Source of the DNA: Octopus bimaculoides
Lineage: Eukaryota
NCBI RefSeq assembly: GCF_001194135.2
Contig: NC_068989.1
Span: 49,326,585 to 49,390,584, forward strand
Reading direction: 5' to 3'
Length of the DNA stretch: 64,000 nucleotides
The position numbers were made by a program, and so were the translations under genes. The notes beneath the pieces were generated by a model. The model saw only the letters and a list, made by a program, of their open reading frames with translations, ran no database searches and was not told the DNA's origin. Positions 11,111 through 24,400 of the stretch are shown here, piece by piece; position 1 is the first letter of the stretch, and the number at the start of each line of letters is the position of its first letter.

Positions 11111-13105
11111 TCAATATATTTCTAAATCACTATGCTTAGCCTTTATAACCACAATAACAACATGCCTGTTCACTTCTTGAGTAAGCTGAGGGTCTGCCAT
11201 TATTATTATTGTGTGTACATAGAGAAAGAGAGATTTGGGTTTGAAAAGTTCTTTCAAGCATGTTTAGGACAGGGGTACCTCTATTGCGCTAGTACCATGG
11301 AAAATGTATGCAATAAATTCTGTGAAGTGTAAGGATGAGAGTCTTGTGGGAGATATGTTACCTCTCTAGTGCAGATACCACTAAAAAAAGCACCTAGTTT
11401 GGGAAGTAGTTAGTATTACAAAAGACAACAGGCTGTAGAAACTGAGTGGAAAATAAAACACGAATGAGATGTGAGCCAATGCTCCATCTATATGAGCAGT
11501 TCCCCTAAAATCATGCTTACTCCAATCATGGCAAACCATCCAATCTATGCCAGAATGGAAACAATTATCAGCATAACATGAGAAGAAAGGAAGACAGAGA
11601 GAAAGAGAAAATATATTTGTTTGTATATTTGCATGAGAATGAAAATCAGGATCCAACAAATATTGTTCTGTTAAGTACAATTTTATTTTAAAAGTTAAAA
11701 AGTAGAACAAAAGAAAGATAATGTGATTTGTATGTGCTAGATTAGTATCCAAATGAAATAAAAAGGAGGGAGGGAAAGACAGAGAGAAAGGGAGGGAGAG
11801 AGAGAGAGAAAGGGAGGGAGAGAGAGAGAAAGTGAGGGAGAGACAGAGAGAGTAAATGAGAACATTGAAATATAGAAATGCTGGACATAGATGAATTGTG
11901 TTCAAAATGAATCAAATAACAATGATTGATTGATATTCACTATCCACCATATTTGCAGCCTAAAGCATTTTGGAATGTCAAAATCTCAAGAACATGAGAA
12001 AGAACAAGGTGTATCACATGCAGAATTTCAAATGTTATCCTCTAATTAATATTAAGCTACTAAAATTTGGTACCAAAATCTGCTGCATTTTAATCATGAA
12101 TGAATAAACTACTGAATTTTAAACAACATTTAACCTCTCTTTCCTTTTCTAGCAGCCTCTCATCCCAATCGCCTTCATTCAACCATCATACTCTCATTCC
12201 CTTCACATTGCATCATCCAAGTTCTTCTTTGGGCAACACTTTCACTTCTATTCATCTTCTTTTTCTATCATATTGTCTTGAGTGTATGAACATCATGAAG
12301 TAGTGAAAATTCTTAAACTTTAAGGAGTACAAAATAACTTCTACTAGTGTTGTATCTATGATAAAATGCATCCAACATGCTTCATAAAATGGCTGGTGAA
12401 CAAGCAATGATGACATGGGATTAAGGGGACTTTGATTTTGCTGAAGATATGACAACCTCTCTAGTGTTTGTGCTATGATAAAATTCACCCACTACACTCT
12501 AAAGCAACTGGCAATAAAATGAGCATCATAGAAACCAAACTATCTATGAGGTCTGTAACTTTGAATAAGAATTGAGATGTATTGTAACAATCCATTCAGT
12601 TCATGCCAGTATGGAAAATGGACATGAAAGAGCTAGTGCGCATGTGTATGTGTGTGCAAGTGTGTGCGCGCGTGCATGTTGGTGTGAAAAGACAATTATC
12701 CAAGTGGTTGGTGGTTCATACCCTGTTAGCAGAAGTTTGCAATGTCTATGGGCATGCGACTTAACTATCAACAGCCCACTAGGTATAGCTGTAAAAAAAA
12801 AAATGTACCACAATATGTTATAAGATCCTTGGTATCAGCAATGGTAATACTAAAATTTCAAAACTGTTTTATTGATTTGCTCTGCTGAGTGCAAATTGTG
12901 TTTATGGCAACTAAAATACACTGGAATTCTGTCATACAAGAGTTATTTTACAACCATGTAAGCCTACACAGATTTTAAATTAAGGATCATTCTGACAAGC
13001 CTATCAAGTTAATAGACAGAAAGATGAATATTAGTTCTTTTATCTGCCTAGTCAAACTATGAAACAAGTTCTTAGAATCTAGTATAACAGATTATAAACA
13101 TAACT

Positions 13106-13271
13106 GCAGGAGTGGCTGTGTGGTAAGTAGCTTGCTTACCAACCACATGGTACCAGGTTCATTCCCACTGCATGGCACCTTGGGCAAGTGTCTTCTATTA
13201 TAGCTTCAGGCCGACCAAAGCCTTGTGAGTGGATTTGGTAGACGGAAACTGAAAGAAGCCCGTCATGTATG

Positions 13272-13330
<59 letters not shown>

Positions 13331-13550
13331 TTGTGTGTGTCTGCGTTTGTCCCTCCAACATCGCTTGACAACCGGTGGTGGTGTGTTTACGTACCCGTAA
13401 CTTAGCGGTTTGGCAAAAGAGACCGATAGAATAAGTACTAGGCTTCCAAAGAATAAGTCCTGGGGTCGATTTGCTCGACTAAAGGCAGTGCTCCAGCATG
13501 GCTGCAGTCAAATGACTGAAACAAGTAAAAGAGTAAAAGAGTAAAGAGTA
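13106..13550 (+). mobile_element. Full-length, young SINE family A with an internal (TA)n(TG)n block
   Basis: A-box-like TGGCTGTGTGG, B-box-like GGTTCATTCCC, CORE-like CCTTGGGCAAGTG, (AAAGAGT)n tail; highly similar to 44188-44618. Confidence 0.9.
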
Positions 13551-14050
13551 TAACCATAAAAATAAAAGGAAAAAGAAAAGACTCTTCTAAGATGAACAAC
13601 AATTAAGTGAAATGTAATTTAAGCTGGCGAATAGGATAATGAGATTGAACAAATGCCTATAGCTATAAATATTAAAATACTTTAATAATCACAATTCTTA
13701 ATATACCAATAACATGGTGATTCAATCCAGACAAATGATGACTGGAGTGAATGAAGAAGATCTATATTCCATTGGCTGTGAGACGTGAGAGTCACTAGAC
13801 TGTATAGCATAAAAGTTAACGAAAGCAGCTAAATCTAAAGGAATCAAGAAAACAGCTGGGGATTAGTAAAAGAGAAGGTTGATGTAACATATTTGAAAAT
13901 GTGATTAATAAAATAACAAATAAGAGTGTCTGACGAGATTGAAACGACATTAATTCCAGTGATCTATGTTTTAAATCTTCTTTGACTGAAGTGCTAATGA
14001 TTCACCAAAGAGAATTGAAGATCACAGAGAATAAATAAAAAATTTTTAAA

Positions 14051-14188
14051 ATGGCAAGATGCGATTGCGTAGATCCACCAAAGAAAACCAGATACATGAA
14101 CGGTGGTAATGATAATGGAGATACTGGTGGAGGTGATATAAATGATGCTGTTGATGAGGATGACAAGAAACGGCAACAGTATTTTAAA
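14051..14188 (+). CDS. Candidate first coding exon MARCDCVDPPKKTRYMNGGNDNGDTGGGDINDAVDEDDKKRQQYFK
   Basis: aaaATGG start, 46 codons ending exactly at AAA|gtaaga (phase 0), composition unlike the flanks. The downstream exon is unresolved. Confidence 0.5.
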
Positions 14189-17100
14189 GTAAGAAAATCC
14201 ATCTCAATATAGTAAGAAAACTTATAATATTTGAATAAACCTTTCTATGGGTAAGTTTTTGCAGTGATGAGTTGTTGTAACTGGCTGAATTGATTCTCTT
14301 TTAATACCAACCCAGCCAAGACCACCCTGAATCTATGATACAAACTTCTACTTTTAAACTGATCTAAACTAGAACCTTACAAAATTTCATGCTGGCTTGT
14401 GTTTCAAACACCAGTTTAATAATGACAAAGTTATTTTACGAAAATTCTTTGTCACTTTTTAAAACCAATTGAAATGAAAGCAGTGTGTTTCATCAGAAAC
14501 ATGATAACATATCTACCCTATGGACATCATAAGAAAACTGGAATATAATTTTAAAAACATAGAACCTAAAGTAGATCACAATACAGCTATTCTTCTGTAC
14601 TGTATGTATGTATATTTGTATGTATGTATGTACATATATTATTGGTTATGAAACTGTTAATTAACAATAGGTTGCAAAAAGAAATACATGAAAAATAAAC
14701 AAGTTAAGGATGGCTCATATTGTGACACAGATTAACTTTTAAACAATTGAAAAGGCGTACTTAATCGAAACATCTTTGATAGAAGAGAGCAGAAATAAAA
14801 ATGATTTTATATGCTATTACTGACTCTTAAGTTAGCTATATTTGAATGTTTATTACTACTCCTTTCTTTAAGTGGCTGAATGGTTTTAAAATGCCAATTA
14901 ACAATCATTGGCAGCAATGTTGTTTTATACACCACATATTATTTACAAGCTTCCATTAAAAATTTGCTACTATCTGAAGGTTCCAACATTACTCCATCAC
15001 TTACGATTGCTATCAACATCACGAAAGTGAGTAAAGTAGTTTCTTATTAACTGTTCAACTTGCTGATCTACCTAGTAAATCATCCCCACTAACTCCCTAC
15101 CTACTTTAGAATCACTCTGAAACATTCAAACAGCTTGCAATTTTTAATAGCTGCACTCTTCATCTCCTTCAGCAGAACTACCTGAAACTTTACAATAGCA
15201 TGGACAACACTTCAACCAGAAATAACGACAATGAGAACAAAAATGGCATTGAATTTCTCCATTAATGAAATCAGTAAGATATTCCGCAGAAGTTTTATTC
15301 CTGCAGTTTACATCTTGATCATCCTGATAGCGAATATTCAAATTTCATTTGAGGAAAGTAAAAACCAAACATTCTTTGTTGTACAATAGAAAGAGGAGGT
15401 AAAGTAAAAAGACCTATTCAATCATTTGAAAAAGGATACTAAAGCAGGATGTTATAAAATTATAAATAAATCCAAAAAGAATACAATGATAATAAAGTTC
15501 TATACATTGCCAAAAAGATTTAGGTAATTAATCAAGTAAATTTCTTTACATTGAAATAACTTACAAATATACTCAATTACAAAATCTTTGAAAAATACAA
15601 ATATGTTAAAAATCAAAACTACACAATATAACACAGCTGTCTCTTTTATCTATTTTTAGTTCTTCCTTTATTCATTGTTGGTTTCTATTAAATAACTTTT
15701 TAAAAATTAAATGTGATGCCAATGCTGCATTTGGTTGACTTCTTTTGATTCTTAAGATGCTGGTTTACACAGGAAAAAAATATATTCTAGAAATACTGTA
15801 ATGGCACTAGTCTCACAGAAATTCTAACAAAAAAACTTAAAAACAACTACACAAAAACTATCATGAAGCAAACAACAAAAAGAGACTACAGAAGAAAAGT
15901 CATGTGATTACATGAGAAACTCCTTTAATGACTTGTACAAGTACAGATGGTATGGAGCCAAGAAAACACAGACTAATTTAGTATCCTTAAAATCATGATA
16001 ATCAACTTATCCTCTCATCTTATTGAATACTGATTCAATAGTTCCAACCATTCTGATAGGAATTATTTTTGGAATGTCTTCCATAATAAAAAAAATATCA
16101 ATTCTACAGAAATTTCTTTTGTGGCCCCTGAGAAAGTTGTTTAAGCTCAGCATTATGTACAAAATGTTCAGCACTTATCTCATGCACTTGCATGAGTTGT
16201 TTCTAGAAGAGATGTGTCCTCCTCAAAGTACCTATTAATATATATGTGGACTGATGTAGCATGATGTATTTTTTTCTTTTTCTTTTTGCACAGTTAGGAA
16301 TGTAGTAACATTCTGGAGATGTGCTAGGTTAGCAACACACTAATTAACTAGTGGTAGAATCAATTAACCATGATGACCTTGACTTTAAAATAAGCATAAA
16401 ATAAGGTGGGTGGGTGCATGTCTAAAAAACTAAGCAATCATAATTCATGACCATGGGAGGATAGCGTGTTGATAAAAATGGAGAAAGTATACAACTAATT
16501 ATATAACTATGCAATGCTCTTAATTAATCATAACATTTCTTCTCTCAATCCCAATTATTATCATCACTTTTATCAAATAAACAAATCCTTATTTACATTA
16601 TTATTATAATTTGTTATCTGTCAATCTTCTCTTGAAGAGGGGAGCTAAATTTACTGTAGCATCTTCATGTGACTGGTTATTGGTTGCATATCCATTACTT
16701 TTTTGCATATATCACTGGCAAATTATGATTATTACATAACTCCTGGCTTCCTGAAACAGCTGTTGACTTAAGGCCTTACATAATTTCTCTATATTTTAAT
16801 TTATATTGTGCTCCACGTGTATATATCAAACTCAACAGTGTTTATCTACATGACTACCTCCATTATTATCAAATTGTTGCATCCCTGAAGACTGAGCATG
16901 CCATATTGCTAGAATAGCATTTATTAATTTTTTCCATGTTTTTTGTCTTTCCACCTGTACTTAGTCCTCAATGATTTCATAGAGTTTATTCCATTTTTAA
17001 AGCTGGTATAGGATTGACTTATTAGCTGATATACTTCTCTTTTTAACATTTCAACCAATTATTATAAATAACATACTAGACTAAAATATTATCCAGTTTT

Positions 17101-18665
17101 ATTCTTTTAAATCCTGAGTTTATGAGTTTATATTGCCATTTGGGGTGATTCTGTCTCCCATTCTTAGAAGTATAATAAAATAAATACCAGACATGTATGT
17201 ACCAGTGTGAAATCAATCAACAGTTGTAGCCTTCACCTACAAATATGTGGCTTGATGCCAATGAGTTGTGAGAAACCACTGTGAACGTAATTAAGTATTG
17301 ATGCAAGAGTAAGGAATTTGACAAGAAATTTCACAACAACAAGTTGTGCATGTTTTCATTCTGGGCTGAAATTTTACAAAGTCTTACTCATTAATCTTAT
17401 TGATAATGAAAGATGGAAAGAAAAAAACAAAAAACAAAGTAATATAATGATCTAAAATCAATTAACTATAACACCTCCCTTAGTGGGAATGGAATTGTGC
17501 ATAAGAATGAAATCTTTATTACTGAAATAAAATTCCTTCAATCCATCACTTTAAGTTACAAATATAAATGAATTTAACAAAAAACAAAACATTATGAAAA
17601 CAAAGAAACAAAAAACACGGCAGTATAAGGTGACAGTGACAATTAAAAGCTAGAATTAATTTCTAAAACTTAAAAAAAAAAGTCAAATAAAATAAAAACC
17701 ACTTTAGCTTATCAATAAAGAATTTTCAGTGTTTTGTTATTTTTTTTAATTGTGTCATAGAGTGTTTTTGTTTTGTTCAATTGCTTTTTCTTTTACAAGT
17801 CATGAAATTAAACAAACAGTTTAATGTGTTGCCAATCTAACAGCTTAAAATTTTGATAAAGTTTTCTATTACAGGTTTTAATTTATTTTTTTATTCATTT
17901 AAACATTTGGATTTCAAAAACATAAATAAATGAATAATAAAAGCTGACAAAAACAGAACAAAACAAAAAAAAAAAAGCAGGACACAAAAAATTCAATTCA
18001 TTACTAATGTTTAAAAGTTAAAACAAAATCAACCCCCCAAATTAACAAAAAGTAATAAATAAATGGTAGCCATAAAAATCAAAGAAACAAAAAAAGCAAA
18101 ATACAGGAACAACAATAAGTTGAGAAAAGATAATGCTATTGATTACTAATAGTGTGTAGATGCTTGATTATACAGATGTTAATCAATCGTAAACAGCCAA
18201 TATGGTGTGTGTGTGTGTGTTATTTCAGGTTTCTTGTGAGCACTATTGGGGGCATGTAAACTACTAAAACTTGTTGTATGGTTGGGTCATTGATGACAAA
18301 ATTGACACATTGCTAGAAACTTCAAAAAGACAAAAATACTATCTGTCAAAATTATAGCTGAATCCAACATGGCGGGTCAGTGGCCATCAACAATAGCACA
18401 GATATAAAAAAAAAAATCCTAGATTGGTGACTGGTGCATTGTAAGCTCACTAAGAATGAGGAACTGGTGAACTTTCATTACATTGTAACTTTAGGAGAAA
18501 GTAAACTAGTCTTGACCATATGGAGTATCTTCAGCACCAGTTGAAGACCACAGTGGTCCTATATGCTGATCCTGCAGCTCATTTTGGGATCACACCAATA
18601 GGGTGGGGAATATCTAATGAGGTATAGTGAAGCTTCATTGGAACTAAAATTCTGCACAAATAATG

Positions 18666-21270
18666 CTAAATTTTCACCTCTATTTCTTTTTTAAACCTGC
18701 AGAAAAAGGGAGGTGGTGACAGACCAGAGGGGTTGACAAACCTGAGGTGGTGACACACTTGAAATAGTGACACACCTGGCAGATTAGAAACATAGGTAAC
18801 TTATGTTAAACATAGTCATCTCCATGTAGTCAGTGATCTTCTTTGGATGTAAATGGACAGTTGTCAACTATCTATGTATACATGCCTGTGAATGTATGTA
18901 TAATGAATGAGAAACTGCATCATTACCATGATGCCGATTTTGTTTTCTAATAAAGAAATCTAAAGCTAAAATTGAAGTCATGTAGAATTAATTATCTAAT
19001 CAAATAGCAGGGCATAACTCTTGTGGTGACATATCAAAACTGTAAAACTAAAAGCATCTGAATGTTTCCTTTGGTTGCTTGCTAATCGTTTAAACAAATA
19101 GCAATCAAGATTTGTTCATGAGATACTGAAGCTCAGAGTTAGTAGAAATAAGACACAGTGTTATGACATTCATGCTTTTCTCAAGAGCAATAGTACTCTA
19201 ATAACATTTTATAACGCTGTAGCCAACATTATCCTTCATCCTTCTTTAATCTTTTCCCATTTCATACTTGAGGAGAAGGGATGACCTGCAGATACACAAC
19301 AACTACAAAGGCAGATAAGGCATGAAAAAGAAAAAGTCCAGCTTATCTACTGCAAGTAAACAAACCTCTAATCATGGGAGCAGCTTACATTGAAAATTTT
19401 CAAAGTACAAATATCAATAATCATAAAATAAAACTCATAATTATTGTAATATTACTGCACTAATTATTGTATTAGTATTTGTTTCATTGCACAATGGCTC
19501 TTGTCATTTGATACATCAATATAAGCCATTATTATTGCAACTTGAACTGTAGTATTTTGCTTTTCATTTGTATTTATATACAATAAATGAGAATTTAATT
19601 GAAAAGAACTTTTCTTGATCTCTCTCATAAACAATAATCAATTATTCCTATCTTTTGCAATCTCCATAAATCCATAATGGCCAAAATAGCTTTGATCTTC
19701 TTGCATTCTTTATTCAAAGCCAAAAATGATTTTGGCCTTTGAAACTTCTAAATTCAATATAAACCCCATACATTGCTCGGTTTTTCAATGGTTCATCTCT
19801 ACCAATTACTGCACATTTTGTTGTTGTTGTTAGAATTCAGAAGACAAGTCAACTGATTGACGCACCATATCTCACATATATATGTTAATCTCTTCCAGGT
19901 TTACAAACAGATGTTCTCCGTTTGCCTCTTCTACAGTTCCTACAACAGTTTATGCACAACATAATTGCAGGCTGCACCACAAATACAACAGAAAATCCTT
20001 TGAATCATTCATCTCACTGCATATAGTACCCTCCACTACATTAGCCATCCAATGCTTTGCATAACATTACTTGTACAAAAGCACATTGCACATTGTATAA
20101 GAGGCTTTATATTAATGCACAGGTTTTATGTTAACAATACCACTTAAATTGAGAAATGCTTGAAGTTATAAGCCTGCTGTTGTGTTTCTATATAAAATAC
20201 GTTCTGGCAATAATAATAGAAGCTAGGAGCTATATACTTGTGACAATTATTTCTTACAAAAGCATAAAATGTTAGATATATACAGACAGGTGAACATGAA
20301 CATAGCATTCTTAATGTTACTCATGTGTGAAGTAGTAGGATTGTTAAGTGAAAGTGGACTACTGTGAACTTAACAATTCATTGAGAACTTATTGTAACAT
20401 CATGACACATGTCACAAGAATAACAATAACATATGAAACAGAAATAAAACAAGCTCTCTCTTACCAGCAGAAGTTCCAGAAATGACACTCACCTACAAAA
20501 GAAGGAATATATTTATAAGTATTATATAAATAGCCATATATATATACATAATAGATTTTTAAAATTGTCAGTGAAGAAAACTAAGAACAAAATCACAATT
20601 TCTTTGTTACATTCATATGCATACACACATACATACATTTGGCCCACTTTTGCCCTTTATAATGAAAACCTATCCATTGTGCATTATGATTATATTTTCC
20701 TAAAATATGTTCTGCCATTACTGGATTCCATGGGTTATCTGACTACAATATTTTATAATCTTTAAATTAAGCAGCTGGGTGTCATTGAAGTATATAATAT
20801 ATTTAACCCTTTAGCATTCAGATTACTCTGTCAAATGTAATATTTCTTCACATTGCTTTGAATTAATCATGCATTATCTTGTAGCATTGAGTTTCCAATG
20901 ATGTAATTGTTTATTTTAAGAATAACATTGTAGGATAGGTGTGAGGGTTTGGCTAGTTTGCACATAAAACAGAATATTTTGAGCAGGTATGTATGGCTGG
21001 CTTAAATACTAAAGGGTTTAAAATGTTGAAAGACACATACAGACTTCACTCAAACAATGAACAATAGTAATAACTTTATGTTAAAACAATGGAAATGAGA
21101 CCAGTACCAGCAGCACTAAGCTTTGCCCAATGTTATAGAAATTATCAGAGAAAGTCCCTTAGCTTATGATCTTCTTTTTAAAAAGATGTGATCCTATGTA
21201 AAATTTAAGCTACTTAGGTGTGGAAATAGAGCCAACAATTTGGAACATACATATATTCACTTTTATATTA

Positions 21271-21336
<66 letters not shown>

Positions 21337-21365
21337 NNNNNNNNNNGAGAGAGAGAGAAAGAGAG

Positions 21366-21405
<40 letters not shown>

Positions 21406-24400
21406 TGATTTATGTGGAGGGAATGCCTGCATACATAGATTGGTGTGCATAAACATCTGTTGAAGTAACATAGATCTCAGTCTGCATGAGCAATAAACTG
21501 ATATGAATGAGTGCAGGAATGTGTATATTATTCTTGTATCTGCATGAGGTATACATATATTTAAATGATATATGGACGTAATTATATCAATATGATGTCT
21601 AATTACAAATATATCTGTATATGGCTATTAAACATTCGACTGTATATGTGGGTTCGGTAATTAGGTATATGTGTCAGTATGATATTTAGATGAATGCATT
21701 AGCATATGCTGCTTCAAAGAAGTTACATTTATATGTTTGAAATCTTGCACATGTGAATGTAGAAACAATATTCATAAAGATAAATTTTTAAATCTCATAC
21801 AAGCTTACAAACACATACACAAAAACATATCATCATCATCATCGTTTAACGTCCGCTTTCCATGCTAGCATGGGTTGGGCGATTTGACTGAGGACTGGTG
21901 AACCAGATGGCTACACCAAGCTCCAATCTGATTTGGCAGAGTTTCTACAGCTGGATGCCCTTCCTAACGCCAACCACTCCGAGAGTGTAGAGAGTGTATG
22001 TATATATATTTATATATATATATAAACTCACACATTTTGTCATTCATTTTTAAGTCTTTTTTCATGCTAGTTTGGGTTAGATCAATATATCATCAAGGTA
22101 TTTATAGCCAGATGCCATTCGTGTTGTTAACCTTTAACTGGTTTTGAAGTGAAAGAAAAATTATACATTAAATCACACACACACATACACAATTGCTTCA
22201 GCATTTACACTGGCCAAACCTAGCTCAAACATTCTACCAGTTTTATGTTCAAACCAACTGGATTTGTTCTTTTACGTCTACCCTGCAATATCCTTCTAAA
22301 AATATACAATCACATCATCAATATTTCAAAGCTACTAGTTATTACATAATTAATTCAAAACAATGTGAATGCATAAGCATTACATTTGACAGAGTAATTT
22401 GATTGCTAAAGGGTTAAAATACAAATATAAGGAAGTACTACAAGAAAATACTAAAGTGTTGGCTTTAAAATTAATAGTCACAAGAGTAAGCTTGGGAATG
22501 TTTGCACACATAACATTACAGATGTGAGAATGAAAAGGAAACTATTTAACATGTGAAAGAGATGTAGGCACACCACACCATCTGGTTTAACCCTTTAGCA
22601 TTTAAACCAGCCATATCCAGCTAAAATATTCAACCTATTTTACGTTCAAGTTGACCAGATCTAGTCTCTCACCTCTATCTTACAATGTCATGCTAAAAAT
22701 AAAGTCACATCATTGAAATCACAAAGATATGAGACAATGCAAGATTAATAAATTAATTTAACACAATCCAAACAAATGAGCATTATATTTGATTGAGTAA
22801 TCTGAATGTTAATGGGTTAACACCCTCTGGCCTGGTTCACAGGTCTCTTAAGTGGAGTTTGCTCTGTGGCAAGTATTTGAGTTTCTACGGTGGAGAGCTG
22901 GCAGAAATGTTAGCACGCTGGGCGAAATGCTTAGTGGTATTTCGTCTGCCATTAAGTTCTGAGTTCAAATTCCGCTGAGGTCGACTTTGCCTTTCATCCG
23001 TTTGGGGTCGATAAATTAAGTACCAGTTATGCACTGGGGTTGATGTAATCGACTTCATCCCTTTGTCTGTCCTTGTTTGTCCCCTCTATGTTTAGCCCCT
23101 TATAGGCAATAAATAAATGAGTATTTGAGTTTCTATGACATTTTGATGAGCTGTACCCTTTATATTTCCCCAAGAATACCCAAAATTAGAATTAAACCCA
23201 CTGGTTAATTCTAAGGCTACCAATTTAAGCTGATACAGCTTTGCACCAATACCATTACAGACATTGCACAAAAGAAACTTCCGGGGTGCAATGTTTCACA
23301 CATGCATGCATGTATGTGTGAGTGTGTGTCACATAACATTGTCTCATTGCATCAAACAACTTCTCTTTTTGGACATAAAATACTTCAGATATCAACTGCT
23401 ACTCTACAAAGCTTAAATATGATCCATGCTAAAATACTGTTCTCGTAGAAGAAGGTACTACTGCTTTTATGCTGCTACACACACATTCTAGGTAAAATCC
23501 AAAAGAGGGCAGTTTAACTAAACGCTAAATATTGAACCACTAACAATCAAATATTAGTTCATGAATGTATGGTTTCCTTTCTGCCTCTTTTATTTATCTC
23601 TACTATATCCCTCCTTTTGAGCTAATAGCAGAAAACACTGTTCATTCATGCTAATTTGTTCTAACTTTCCTCCTCTTCTTGATACCTTTCGTGCATTCTA
23701 TCTCCCAACACTCACTTCAGACATTTTAGCTAATCTTTCATCCTCAGAACTGCAGTCTTTTGGAATTTTTTGAACCTGTAGATTGCTCAATTCAAACATT
23801 AACTGCACCAATCTCACCAATTTCAGAGAGACTGCAATTGTCATGGGCACTGTCCCACTTTCTCTGATTCTTTTATATAGAAAAGAAATTGATGAATGAT
23901 ATAATTATTTCAAAATTCTATATATAATATGCAGTAATATGCATAAGCTAAATAAAAGTGAAGCAGTATTTTGTGTTAAAATTTACGACAGACATTATCT
24001 AAAGTCTCTGAAAGAGCATTTATTTATAGATGCTGCATTTCATGCAGCTAGTTTAAATTGGCACCAGATTTAGTAAGACTAATTATGCATTGATATATGC
24101 TTCTAGTAATAAATGGTCAGGCAATTAACATTTACTGAACAAGTACATTGAATAAATAAGTCTTTTTTTCTTTTCTGCTTTTTTTTTTTATAGCATTTCA
24201 GAAGCATGTATGAGGAAGAACTTATTCTAAAAAGTCTACAAGAAATATGTACTCCTTAACCCTTTAGCATTTAAACTGACCATATCAGGTCCAAATATTC
24301 AACCCATTTTATGTTCAAACTATCCAGATCCTGCATCTCACACCTACCCTACAATGTCATTCTAAAGATAAGCAATCACATCACCAAAATCTCAAAGATA

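Noticed and set aside
15144-15341. Cys-rich minus ORF (CHFCSHCRYFWLKCCPCYCK) as a zinc-finger exon
   Set aside because: No recognised Cys spacing, weak splice sites, and competing plus-strand frames of similar length. It cannot be excluded without RNA data.
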